Assembly (NCBI GenBank): GCA_002633005.1
Contig: NMRA01000212.1
Location: 485,312 to 549,311, forward strand
Source of the DNA: Phoronis australis
Lineage: Eukaryota; Animalia; Phoronida
Reading direction: 5' to 3'
DNA: 64,000 nt
The notes beneath the pieces are model-generated. The model made no database searches and was not told the origin of the DNA. It worked only from the letters and a program-made list of their open reading frames with translations. A program made the translations under genes and the position numbers. Below, piece after piece: positions 52,901 to 64,000 of this stretch. Every line of letters starts with the position of its first letter. Position 1 is the stretch's first letter.

Positions 52901-55900
52901 TGAAAAGCCACAAAAGTACTTCAGGGGAATTGATATTTGATGTGATAGTATCGAAGCTGGACGTCTAGAAATGGATGACAGACAGATGGATTGCAAATCA
53001 ACACCCACCCAAAGACTGTCTGGTGTATGTATGGTAAAATAATTCAATTTCCGACAAAATTATTGCCAAAATTGCTCTATTTTGATTTTTTCAAAGGCTT
53101 TTAACATTGTTGTGTATGCCCATAAGTTTTCAAAAGATTGTCCAGTGGTAGCTGAGAATCAGTTTGTACGTGAAAAAACATTGGTTTTGTGCAACATATT
53201 TTAATGAAATAATGAGAAATGAAATTCCACTTGTCCAGCAAGGTGTACTGAATTGTTGGAATTTGACAGTAGTCCTATAATTAATGCAAATAGTGGTTGG
53301 TTGTACTACTTTGTTTGTGGGTTGTATCCCCGTGTTGATGCTTCATTAATTGTGCATTTTGTAGGTACGCCTCATCATCATTGGTGTGCTTGGACCCGTT
53401 GATGTCATTTGGGGCGTCATCATTGCGGTAAAGTACCACCGTCATGGTAATTTGATCTTCAGAAGTGTGGGGGCCTCTCCCGAATTACAGGCAGCATGCA
53501 AGACTCTCAACTTCTTTGAAACCTGTCTTAAGCTTGATCTTCAACTGGAGGTGTGCCAACTTCTCAGCCTTTTAAACTATGTGTACACACTTTAAGTTTA
53601 CTGTATATGGTTTTATATTCACTTGATGTATATTTATGACAATCAGAGTTTTTAGACATTGGTCCAAAGGTTGTGTATGATTTCTGATTCAGTTGATTTA
53701 TGATCAGAGCAAAATTAGAAGAGATTATTTATTTCAATCAACAAGTTGTATGCAACTCTTCAGCTTGAAAAGCCGGAACGCCTGTCTCTCCACGGTCCTT
53801 ATGTGACAGATGGTGTCTTAAGATACTAAATCGAAGTGTAAAGGGTTGACATTAACTCAGGTGATTCACCTTCAATTTGTCCTGGAAGAAAACTCATTAG
53901 TTTAAAGAAGTTTGTTTTGACATTAGCTGCAGATGTGCTATTTTGTCAGGTAGTGTTCTTTATCATTTTGAGTTAAGCATTAAGTGGCCATTTTCCCAGC
54001 CATTGCGTTGGCCTGGATTTTAAATGTGCACTGTTACCACCTACCATCACGTGGAAGAAAACTGTTCAAACTCTGGACATTCTTGTCTGTCGAGTACGTT
54101 GATGGCATTAACTCACTCAAATTTGCAGTTTTTCTAAGACAATACTACTTTTGCTGCTTCATTAGAGGTAGGTAATATGACCATGACATAGGGACATCCC
54201 ATTGCATACAATGGTGAGTACTTAAATGTTCTAATTTGGCAACAATCACAAAAAACTAAGTTGTAAAATAAGGGATTAGTAAGTAACCCTTCTTGTTTTC
54301 TGTCATTATACCGGGGATGGAATGGAGTTTGTAGGTGGAATTTTTTGGCTCTGCAGTAGGCCAAACTCAATAAAGCTTTAAAGTAGCAAGTCAACTTCTC
54401 AATGCATCAGATTAATCAACAAACAGCACAATCATGTGTTGAACGCAGTTTTGAAGAAGGGCTGACACCATTTACTTATACAAAGTAGTCATGGATTTCT
54501 GTTACTCAGCTTTCAGGTGTGGGTGCACCGAGCAGGATTCTATGTTGGCTGCTTTAACAAGGCAGAAGCCCCTCTTGCCCCCTGATTCAATTCTTCCATA
54601 CTTTGTCTACCTTCCTTAAATTTGTTTATCTAGCTGTTTGGGGACTTAATACCTGGCTGTGTATTGTACAAACCCTCTCAGTTATTCCTTCTGCATAGCG
54701 AAACAATACAATTTCACTAAAATACAGAAAATTACCTTACTTTAAACATCTGCTATTTTGGTGCATCTGTCGTCTTCGGCAGTCTGCTCTCTTCGAAACT
54801 TTCGACCCTTAATGCGAGAGTCTCACCACGGGAGGGCCTGTAGGAGTGATCAGATTACACCAGACGACAGTTGTCATTGTTGCACATGACGATGTTTCCA
54901 CCAAATCCCAACAGTAAGCTTGATCCTTTCTAATAATAATATGTTGATGCACTCAATTCACAGACATTTTTTTGGTTGAGCTAGCTGTGTCAACTACCCA
55001 TTGTTATCAGGTCTTGCTTAAGCTTGTTAATTGGATTACTGGCCATAATCAGCCATTACTGCTTTGATCAGTGGTAAGGGGGAAAGAACAGGTTCTGGAA
55101 TGGAGAAGATCAAAAGAGAATGTGGCATCTTAGGTTCTGTGGTAGAATCAGCCTTCCGTTGACCAAACAAAGAAGGTCGTCTGTCTAAATCCTTATGTTT
55201 TTTATTACTTTTGTTTGTCAAAGTCCTCCGATAAAAGTAGTGCACAGTATGTCATCATATTGCTGACAGAGGCGAATAAGTTCAGGTGTATTTTTGATTG
55301 AAAAGGTAACAAAATCTGCTGCTTGTTCTTTGACTTGTGTCAGATCATGTCAGATCACCACCTACACCTCTGAGTTGCGCTGTTAAGTTAAACTTTTCTC
55401 TGACATTTATTTCAGTGTTCCCTCCTGCTCTTGGTGCTGCAGAAAGGAACCATCACTACTACTTTGCAACAGATTGTTCTTGGGATAGGATTCCCTTTCA
55501 GCATTATCTGGTTGATTCTTGGTTTTGTCACGGTTAGTTCCTTTTACATTTGTTACCTGCCTTTTTGACTTTATTAGATATCAGGAAGGTAATGCCTGAC
55601 ATTTAATTTTTGAAGTGACTGTAAACTGCTTTCTAAGAGGAGGCAGTGTGGCCTGGTTGATAAGTGCCCGCTTTCTTTACTCGAGGTCGTGGGTTCAAAT
55701 CCCACCAGGTCACACTGTTAAACCCTTGAGCCAGGTTTCTAGCTCCTCAGCTCGGTTTTAACCATATATCAATAAAGCATAAAAATATTTCCAGGTGATC
55801 AGTGCAATGGGCCCACATGCGAGGCCTGCGCACGTCTGATACAACATATGTATCAGACCGCCTGCAATTATTTTTTATTTTATAAACTGCTTTCTGTCAC

Positions 55901-58900
55901 TAAAAATTGATTTAGACCAGTTACCGTTTTAAAATTGGTCTCAATTTTTTTCTTAGATAAAAATGAAAATGCTTTTTCCGCATTCAGGCAGAAATTAATT
56001 TTGGCAGTTGTTCGTTTGAAGTTGCAATTTTATCTCAGGCAGAGATCCCAACTGAATTATACTTGAGCAAAATATTGGTACCATTGCTCAAGGAAAATTT
56101 TAGTTTTTGTCTCTGAAAAGAAGCATTTTCTTTTATTTCCTGGTAAATTTGCTTGTATTTCATTCAATGTGATGGTGTGCATTCACAAATGATTTATTCA
56201 AATGGTGCATAAGTAAATTTAGGTATAGGTTTTTGTACCAGCAATGTGAACTGTAGTTTGTATTACCAGGTCAGAACACACAACTACTTTGGGAAATTGA
56301 ATGGCACCTTGTGTTTTTGTTTAAAAATCTGAAATCAGTGAGAATAATAGTAATCTATGAGGTTTCACTCAGACATCATCTGGGAGTCTGCTAGAAATCC
56401 CTCGAGACTCAGATAATCTTGACAGTTGACATGGGTGCTTAGCCTCAGTTTGTTAAAATATTGATGCAAAAACAATATACTTGTAGTAATTCAATGACAG
56501 TGTCCACCATCCACTATTTATCAGCATTCATTATTTATAATGTAAACATAATCTAGCTGGGCAGAAGATGTGCTTAACTGACTGTAGAGAAAATTGCGTT
56601 GCAGTGATCCATTCCTGTACAAGTTAACTGTTGTTTCAGTTTCTTCGCTATTACTTGTGGATTTTCATGCCTGCCCTTCGCTCCGTTAAGCTAGCAAAAA
56701 AACAAAACACAAACAAGTCCTTCAACTCGCATAAAATTGGTCATAATATTCCTTACTGTGATAGGATTGTATTGCCGTAACGTTATCTACTCAAGTCACA
56801 GGCAATGTGTACATGCACCATTCTTGAATTTGCAATTTTAGGGTTGGAATTCATTTTCTAAGAGTTGTTGATAGTTTTAATTTTCTTGTTTGCAAAAGAA
56901 ATTACAGAATCCCGTTGCAATAAGGAATGTTATGAGACCATTTTTATGAGAGTTAAAGGCCTAACTCAATTTTCATTCTTCGTTTGCTAGACAGGGCAAA
57001 ATGCAGCTTTTAATAAATCTCATTTCTGTAAAATAAACACGTCTTTAAATTTATTATTTCATGGTATAGGTTTCATTGGTTGGACTGTCTGAATTTTACT
57101 ATGTATGTACAGTAACTGAACCATTTCAAGACGTGTAAATTTTTCACCCGTGACTTTTTGCCACTGACCGAGCTATTAACTTACATTAGCATTAAACTAC
57201 ATTTAGTTGTTTTAACTGAAGTATTTTATATGAATAATCCTTTCTAACAGGTTCGTATGGAACAGAAGATTGCATTGATTGTGTTCTTGGCAGCCTCCTG
57301 GTGTGAACCTGCTTACATTGTCTACATCATTGTCAAGGTAAATTAAAATGCAGTGTTATGGTTTATATCAATCTAAGCACAGGTGCCAAGGCCAGGTAAA
57401 AAAAATGTTTACTGTCTGGGGCTCGTGCAGAAATTGGCACGGTGGGCACTTTTTATTTATTTTGTTTTTATTTGATGACGTCACCAGGTGTGGTCTCCCA
57501 GGCACTGACGGCGAAGTCTGCCATATGGGCCTCGTCTGTTGGAAGACTTTTATATGCCAGTATATCATATAGGTGGACATTAGCCTCCCCCAGTATAATA
57601 GAAATCTTGACGATAGGAAACTTAAAACTTGACCTTTGAAAGGATTCATAAATGCAAGTGGAAGGCTGTTTAATCTTTACAACACTGCCACATAATTGGG
57701 TCTTATTTGTTTCAGTTTCGGTTCTAGTTACTATCATTATCTTGGAAAGTTAGTCAGATAACGATAACGTTTTGGCATGAGTGTTAGATATTCATAAGAA
57801 CATTCAGATTGTGTATTGTTCACTGATTTACTACTTTGTTTGATGAGTGATATGGTTATACCAGAGGTTATTGTATCGAGGTCCCTCATTTTGAGAACTA
57901 GTTTTCTCCATTGAGTATCAGGTATCAAACTAGTTCTCAGTGTCGGAGATCCCTGTAAATGACTATTCCGTGAAAGTATTCATGGTCTGTGTTTCACCAA
58001 TCTAGATATAATAAAAACGACAGTTATGAGACCAGACTGTGTTTTTTATTGGCGCTTTGCCGGCATTTTCACTTTTAACGCTTTTGTATATTGGCCTCTT
58101 ACTTCAAAGGACACACATGCGCAAGGGTAAGAGGCCTTTGTTTATCATCACATTAATTAATGTATGGCAAAGAGTGAATATGTTTCGACATCAGTTTTTG
58201 TGTAAAGCAATTTAGGTGGTGAGGAAAGTAACTGCTGGTGCAGACAGGTCATCTGTGCAGATAAAGCCCCAGCGTTTCTTCTAGCTTGTCCAGTGAAATT
58301 GTTAGCATTTTCTCAACTCATTTGAACGTAGTGCAAGCATTACCTATTGTTTCAGTGTGCACAGAGTGGCTCAACCGGTATCCTGGACATAGCTGCATAC
58401 CTTTGCTCTGGGTTTGGTCTCATTCTACGAGTCCTGGTTATTGTCTGGATGATCAGAGTTTACAAGAACTTTGGCATAGGATTGAAGGAAAAACGTAAGA
58501 TGGTACACGTTTATGGGGCAAATTGTGTGAAAATCCCGTCTCCTGCACCAACTCTCTTGTTGGATGTGGGGTTTGCCACAGGTTTATTTCCCAGGGCTTG
58601 GAATGACCAATGACAAAAAACGCGGAAACTTTTACGGCCCAAATCATGCCCGATAACCTGCGTTTGAAATGGTCAATGTGAACCTTCCCGCGACAAAAAT
58701 CGGGAGGACTAAAAAAAAAAAAACGTTACCACCATCAGTAGCATGCGTCTGCGTCCTTTTCGCTCGCCCGTCCACTCCCAACCCACACAAATTTGGCTGC
58801 AGAGCGGTAGTTAGTATTTGTCGCCGCGCTTAACAATAACACGAGCCGCCATTGAAAATCAGACCACGCTTTCCCCAGATGCCCCGGCAATGTTGACAAT

Positions 58901-60745
58901 TTACGTTCCTCCGAAACATAAAGACTTCCGCTTTCTGAGGTGCACGTCGTCTGCAACGCCGCGGTAAGAAAGGAATTTGCCGCGGAAATTTCATATCAAA
59001 TCCGATTTTTTTACGCGGAAATATTATAAAAAAAGCGGAAAGCACATTTCAAAAAAGCGGAAATCCGCGTTTCCGCGGAAAATTCCAAGCCCTGATTTCC
59101 GTATTGCCTTCTTTGAATAGCATGGTCCCAGATGCAAATTGCCTTTGTTTTGTGGGTAGTAAAAAGGAGTTGTTACATTGGCCTCATTTTATAAGTGTCG
59201 AACAAATTCTAGGAGTCACATCAGAAAATATGGCATCCACAGATATTTCTTGATCAAGTTTATCCAACGTTCTACCATCAGGAGTTGCAGCCCACAGCAC
59301 AGCAGTAAAACTGTTGACATTGTTAGGTCAAGTACATTTAATGCAGTTGAGAAAAACTTGAAAAATGCAGGCCACCGACAAATAACACGAAAAACTTCAA
59401 TGGCGTAAAAACGAGTCTAGAGAATGGCTTGATGTATGTTGCAGCATTATGGGTAAATAACGCAAGATTCAATTGTAGCTATGTAATCTGGGACAGTCCC
59501 ATATTGTCTCTTCTGATTTCATAAAATAATTAGGGATTCCATTGGTTATAACATGGGTATGTCAATCAATGTCTTTAATCAGTTAGCAAGCACAATGCTA
59601 ATTGCCCGGCGAAAAACCGATAGTTAACAGCCTACGAAAACCTTAATTGGTTACTCAGTTTCGGAAAATGAACTTTTATTGCAAAATGCTACTGGAAGCT
59701 CAAAAAGTCCTATGATGTATCAAGACCATTTTCATTCCAAAATGGTGAATTGGAACCAGTAATCTTGTTCCTAAATCAATAAACAATACAGTTATTGCCA
59801 TTTGAAGTGTGATTAGTTTTGAGAGATCCTGTGGTACAAATGTTATAATTCATTTGAAGTGTGTAAGAAACTTTCCTATGTTGGTCCCCTAACTACTGTG
59901 TCATTTTGTCTCGTCAGGTAGTCTGAGTGCTCTGACTGCCTCTTGATTTTGATTCAACCATTTTTAAATTTTTTGTTTAGACGTGACTGTGTTGTCCAAG
60001 TACTACATTGCCAATACTGTGAACATACTGCGGCACACCCAACACATTAAAGGCATCATTTATTATGCTCATCACTTTTGGATTAAGTGATGTATAATTT
60101 ATAAAAAATCTACTTAGTCAAACCTTGATGAGAGTCCTTGTTTCTATGGAAATGTTTTTGTTATATGGAACCAAAGAGAAATATTTAATATTTTTTACAT
60201 ATGTTATGAACAATTACCGTTTATGTCTATTTTAATTTATAAACAGTTTACTTTGTTCATGTGCCTAATGCCTGAAGTACATGTAGACTCAGTGATGGTA
60301 TTCATCACAAATAATCTTATCACTCCATGAACCTTTTCCGATAATGTAACTAATATGGACCAGGATTATGCAGGTTTTGATAAGATTGGCAAATACTAAC
60401 AGTAATTCTTCACACATTTTGCACACTCATCTCATTTCACACACACAAAATAACATGGAAAAAAAAAATTTTGTCCCTCACTTATTTCGCTTGAGGCTAG
60501 TTGGTAAGAATTTCTTGTCTTGCCATATTCTCACAGGGTCAGTTTTACAATCCTAGTAATGCACACCTCTTTAACTCAGTGTCTTGATAAGGTTTGATCA
60601 AATGATACTCTTGACATTTGTAGCAGCTACACTACACATTACTTCAGTTGTTAAACAATATTAATTAAAATGAATGTTTTTTGTTTTTCCAGTTTTTCGT
60701 CAGCAACCTGAATTAACAAAAGAAACTGAGGAGTCTGCTGGGTAG
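46937..60745 (+). CDS. Uncharacterised multi-pass (~8 TM) membrane protein, 329 aa; resembles the DUF7789/UPF0658-like family (recalled, unverified)
   Basis: Phase-compatible exons 46937-47035, 49768-49927, 51580-51728, 53365-53550, 55416-55532, 57251-57337, 58356-58494, 60693-60745 (990 nt, open frame). Motifs EDFTFALLLI, HGVFSERPYEL, IFRSVGAS, LKLDLQ, VYKNFGIGLKEK. AATAAA at 61777-61782. Confidence 0.85.
47215..47870. repeat. Five diverged ~120-145 bp tandem units in the first intron of the membrane-protein gene
   Basis: GAAAGCCTTCAAT anchors at about 47250, 47368, 47496, 47642 and 47759. Each unit also has GC.CC(C/T)CTGGTG. Confidence 0.85.
50515..50700 (+). repeat. Interspersed repeat, second copy at about 53040-53250
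   Basis: caattt..gacaaaa.tattgccaaaa...taacattgtt is shared by both. Confidence 0.6.
55636..55765 (+). mobile_element. tRNA-derived SINE head
   Basis: gaggcagtgtggcctggttga (A box), gtgggttcaaatccc (B box), followed by cccttgagc-agg. No complete cloverleaf. Confidence 0.6.
56675..57000. mobile_element. Degenerate inverted-repeat (MITE-like) element
   Basis: ctagcaaa...cataaaattggtcataatattcctta is mirrored by taaggaatgttatgagaccatttttatg...tttgctag. Confidence 0.55.
58045..58320 (+). repeat. Interspersed repeat, copy of 13445-13735
   Basis: Colinear similarity to 13445-13735. Ends about 35 bp before exon 58356. Confidence 0.8.
58592..59094. mobile_element. Young CpG-rich hAT-like MITE with 6-bp TSD
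   Basis: Perfect 13-bp TIR CAGGGCTTGGAAT / ATTCCAAGCCCTG, ATTTCC duplicated on both sides, multiple subterminal GCGGAA motifs. Confidence 0.9.
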
Positions 60746-63700
60746 TTGATGTTTCAGTATTTTAACCTGGTGCGTCTTAACCAATTAACCACATGCCTAA
60801 ATGCAGAACATCTTTCTTATTCACCCACCTTGACTATGTGCAATTTTTCTACAATTATGCTTTGCTCAGATGTAGAACTGAGGCATTACGATATTAATTG
60901 TTAACGCCTAGATATTGTTGGAGTTCATCTCAAGAGTTGTTCGCTGTCACTGAAAGATTAGAATATCAATGAAATTGTTTCCCCTGGCCCTGGCTAGTGA
61001 TGTCAACAGCATAACCCCTGCTACTTACTTTGTTTTGACAACAAAAAGTAATTTTTGTCAGACTGCCAAGTAAAGTGTGCACAATATGCTACCTGTACTG
61101 GGAGTGAAGATAAACTTGTGATCTTCTCCCTGTTGGAACGGTCTCTACATTTTGGGATGCTGAAATTCAAGCAAAAGTTGAATTTTCTTGTTTCTGACAA
61201 TTGGGACATGGTCAGTTTTGGTCATCATCACGTTTCTCAAATATTGAAAACTCCCTTTTGTATGAACGAAGTCTGATTATAGACTTAGCAGAACTTAAAT
61301 TCATTGAAAATAGCTGGTGATGCAACCTTGTCACGGATCTTATCATGTGGAACATCCAAGTTAACGATCGTTCGACGTTGGTATTAATTTTTGAATTTGA
61401 GATGGCCATATATTTGGCTGCGCTTTCTAAAATGTGGTTCATGTACTCAACCTTGAGCAAAATACTTTGTACTGTCCCAAAGTGGGAAATGTTTACCATA
61501 CAGTAATCATAATTTAGACCTTTTTAAAAACTTTTTATTTTGGTATGTTTGACGTTGGTGTTGGAGAAATTATTGTGTACATTTTTTGATGAAATTGAGA
61601 GTACAGTGTCACTTAATATACAAAATGCCCGTGGATAGCCCACCCGCATGTTTTGAAGTCAGTGTTTTTGACAACATAATTGTTTATCGTAAATATGTAA
61701 TTGACAAATCTTTACCTTTGCTTGATACTCTTTTGATTTTATGTTGATTGTGTCTGTTTGAAAAATGTATTTTTATAATAAAATTGTTCCATTGTAACAC
61801 CTACGAAGTGGGTTGAAATGTTTTATGAATTTACGGAATTAAATGATTTACATTTAGGGTTATTATCATGTGTATGAGGTGCTTATATTAGGCTTTTCTT
61901 TGCTATCAAGTGTTTTCTGTTTAGCATAAACATGTTAGTGCCAACAATTTAAACACAGGCCATTTTGCAGAAATTGTCTTCTGAAACCAGCATGTGAATA
62001 TTGTGTATTTCTACCATTTTTTAAATGGTGAGAAGCCACTAGTTCCAAAACTCTGCAAAGCACGTGCAGTATTTGTCTTGACGTTCACCTATTTCTTTTC
62101 ATGTGTTCAGCTACCTGATAGGAATTGAATCTTGAACACTGAAGTCAGCAATATTTTTTTCTGTACTACGCAGATAATATGGAATTTGTTTAGAAAAATA
62201 AAGATTGTACCGTTGACAGGTTGTTTACTCAAAAATTTCAAATTTTCAGTAGTACTCTTGGTTGTCCGTTTACAATTTTGATGGAAATTAGCAGCAGTGC
62301 ACCATAGGGGGCTGAGGGGCTATAGCCCCCCACTTTTTTCAATGCTACGCCACACGTGGTCTATAGCCAGTGCAATCTCGTAGTACGAGTGTCCTTAGCT
62401 TCTGATTGTCTCTTTTGGTTGTCTTTTTCACCCAACTCTGGCGATTTTTAGTCTTGTCATGCTAGTGGCGTCGCAGCAATTATTTCGTTTCTGCAGTGGT
62501 GTTTAATAGCTGCGTGCTTGAAGCACAAACATATACAATAAACACATATCTGGCCGATTTAACCGGTGTGGTGTTATTCATACTATATGAATATAGGACA
62601 GTATCATAAACAAAAATCATTGACAATAGAAAGATGCATTCTGAAAAGGCGCACCACAATTTCTACTAGGATTCACAATTCCTGAACATAAAGTTTAGCA
62701 CCGATTTGTCTGTGCAACAGACCTCATTTACACTTCAGTCCATCATCAGTCATGCCAGCATAGACTCAGTATGATGCCAGTTTGTTTGCATAAAGCGCTG
62801 CCTGTTGAGAATTGGACTAGCCAATCAGAAATGCCGGTGTAAAAAAAATTCCCGAGGAAAATTAAGTGATACCTTCGTGCTTCGCTGGTTCCCTGTAAGT
62901 TGTGAGCTATTCTACAGATTAGCAAGTGACTTGTAACTGTTCTGGTGAGTGGGAGAGTGGGATTGAGCCCTATACTGACTGGCATGTCTAAGAAATAATG
63001 GAATGTTCTAAAATTGTATTACGATTTTGTGGTAGTGATGAATTGCCTTGCTTTCTTCTTCTCACTTGTGTAACACCCACTGCACAAAACAATTGTCTGC
63101 ATTGCCAGTAACCTCATGCATTGAATAGGGAACACATGCGAAATTGTTGGGTGGAGATGAAACCAGCAGTGAGCTAGGAGCAACATGTTTGTCAATGGTC
63201 AGTGGAGCAACCAAAATGTGTGACGATGGGAGGGGCTCAACACCCATCCATGTGGCATACCCCATTGGTTTTTACCTGTTTAGCACTCCTCCCATGTAAC
63301 CCCCCTGGGAGGGGGTCAACACCCATTTGGTGCCCACCTGCCGGTTTTTGCCTGGTACCCCCTTAGCTGGCACCTGGGGGGAATTCCCCTCTGAACCCCC
63401 AGGGGCAATCATTCAAATTATGTAGTCCATGGAGGTATGAACTGTTATAAAGGAACGATAATTGCCGTGTTAACATGAAACAAAACCATGATGAATTTTG
63501 AAGGGAGCAATTCAACAGAATAAAAACAAATACACTTTAATATTGATTAAAATACACATTTTCTTTCTCATTCTATTGTAAGTGGATGTTAGTTTATGTA
63601 TTCTAACCATTTTCAATCACACAATAATTTTATTGCACGTTGAATGTCATAAAAGTATGAATTTATGAGCGTTTACATTGTTCGGACTGCGCGCCAAACT

Positions 63701-63819
63701 AAGTGTTGATTATTCACCGCTTGGACCGCTAGTGTTTCGACCAGTAACCATTGCGACGAATGGTAAAATGGCGGAGTGAACTCTATACTCGTACACTCCA
63801 TGATTTAACTCTTAACTTG

Positions 63820-64000
63820 ATAATAAGAGGCCTACTTGTTTATGGTCCACAGCGTTTGCGCGCGAAACCTCCTTCTTTTTGTAATGCTTATTACATGTTT
63901 TATAATTTGTGCAATCAGTTCGTAACAAATTTGTTGCATTTAAAATAGTCTTCAATTGCCTAAAAGACCAAATCCGTTTTTTGTGTTGGCAGTAATGACG
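63820..64000 (+). repeat. Copy of the sequence at 45790-45970, truncated by the window end
   Basis: cctacttgtttatggtccacag...aaagaccaaatccgttttt.gtgttggca.taatgacg is nearly identical in both. Confidence 0.85.

Noticed and set aside
55636-55715. tRNA gene
   Set aside because: A and B boxes are present, but there is no consistent acceptor or anticodon stem and it runs into SINE-like sequence. The same applies to 45705-45775 and ~49125-49190.
57500-57572. Possible extra exon in the membrane-protein gene
   Set aside because: It ends in phase 2, whereas the flanking exons join cleanly in phase 0.

Overview
AT-rich, intron-rich eukaryotic DNA, most likely from an invertebrate animal. It is not prokaryotic, and most ORF-track entries are noise. 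Tracing GT-AG boundaries and intron phases by hand gives four spliced genes in two head-to-head pairs. FUT8 (alpha-1,6-fucosyltransferase, minus strand, 3' part runs off the window start) is divergent from Max (plus, complete, 159 aa). Max is tail-to-tail with Zwilch (minus, 16 coding exons, about 569 aa), which is divergent from an uncharacterised ~8-TM membrane protein (plus, 329 aa). Introns are packed with non-autonomous elements: Helentron/DINE-1-like (HINE) copies, a TA-TSD pogo-like element with a HIRAN relic, P-like and hAT-like MITEs, tRNA-derived SINEs and a 1.4 kb family forming large palindromes. The best leads are HINE arrays carrying phased CTCF-like motifs, a possible dual-use splice site in Max giving abutting in-frame alternative exons, and Max-FUT8 head-to-head linkage as in human. 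No CRISPR array, rRNA or intact tRNA was seen. All calls are by eye, without database searches.
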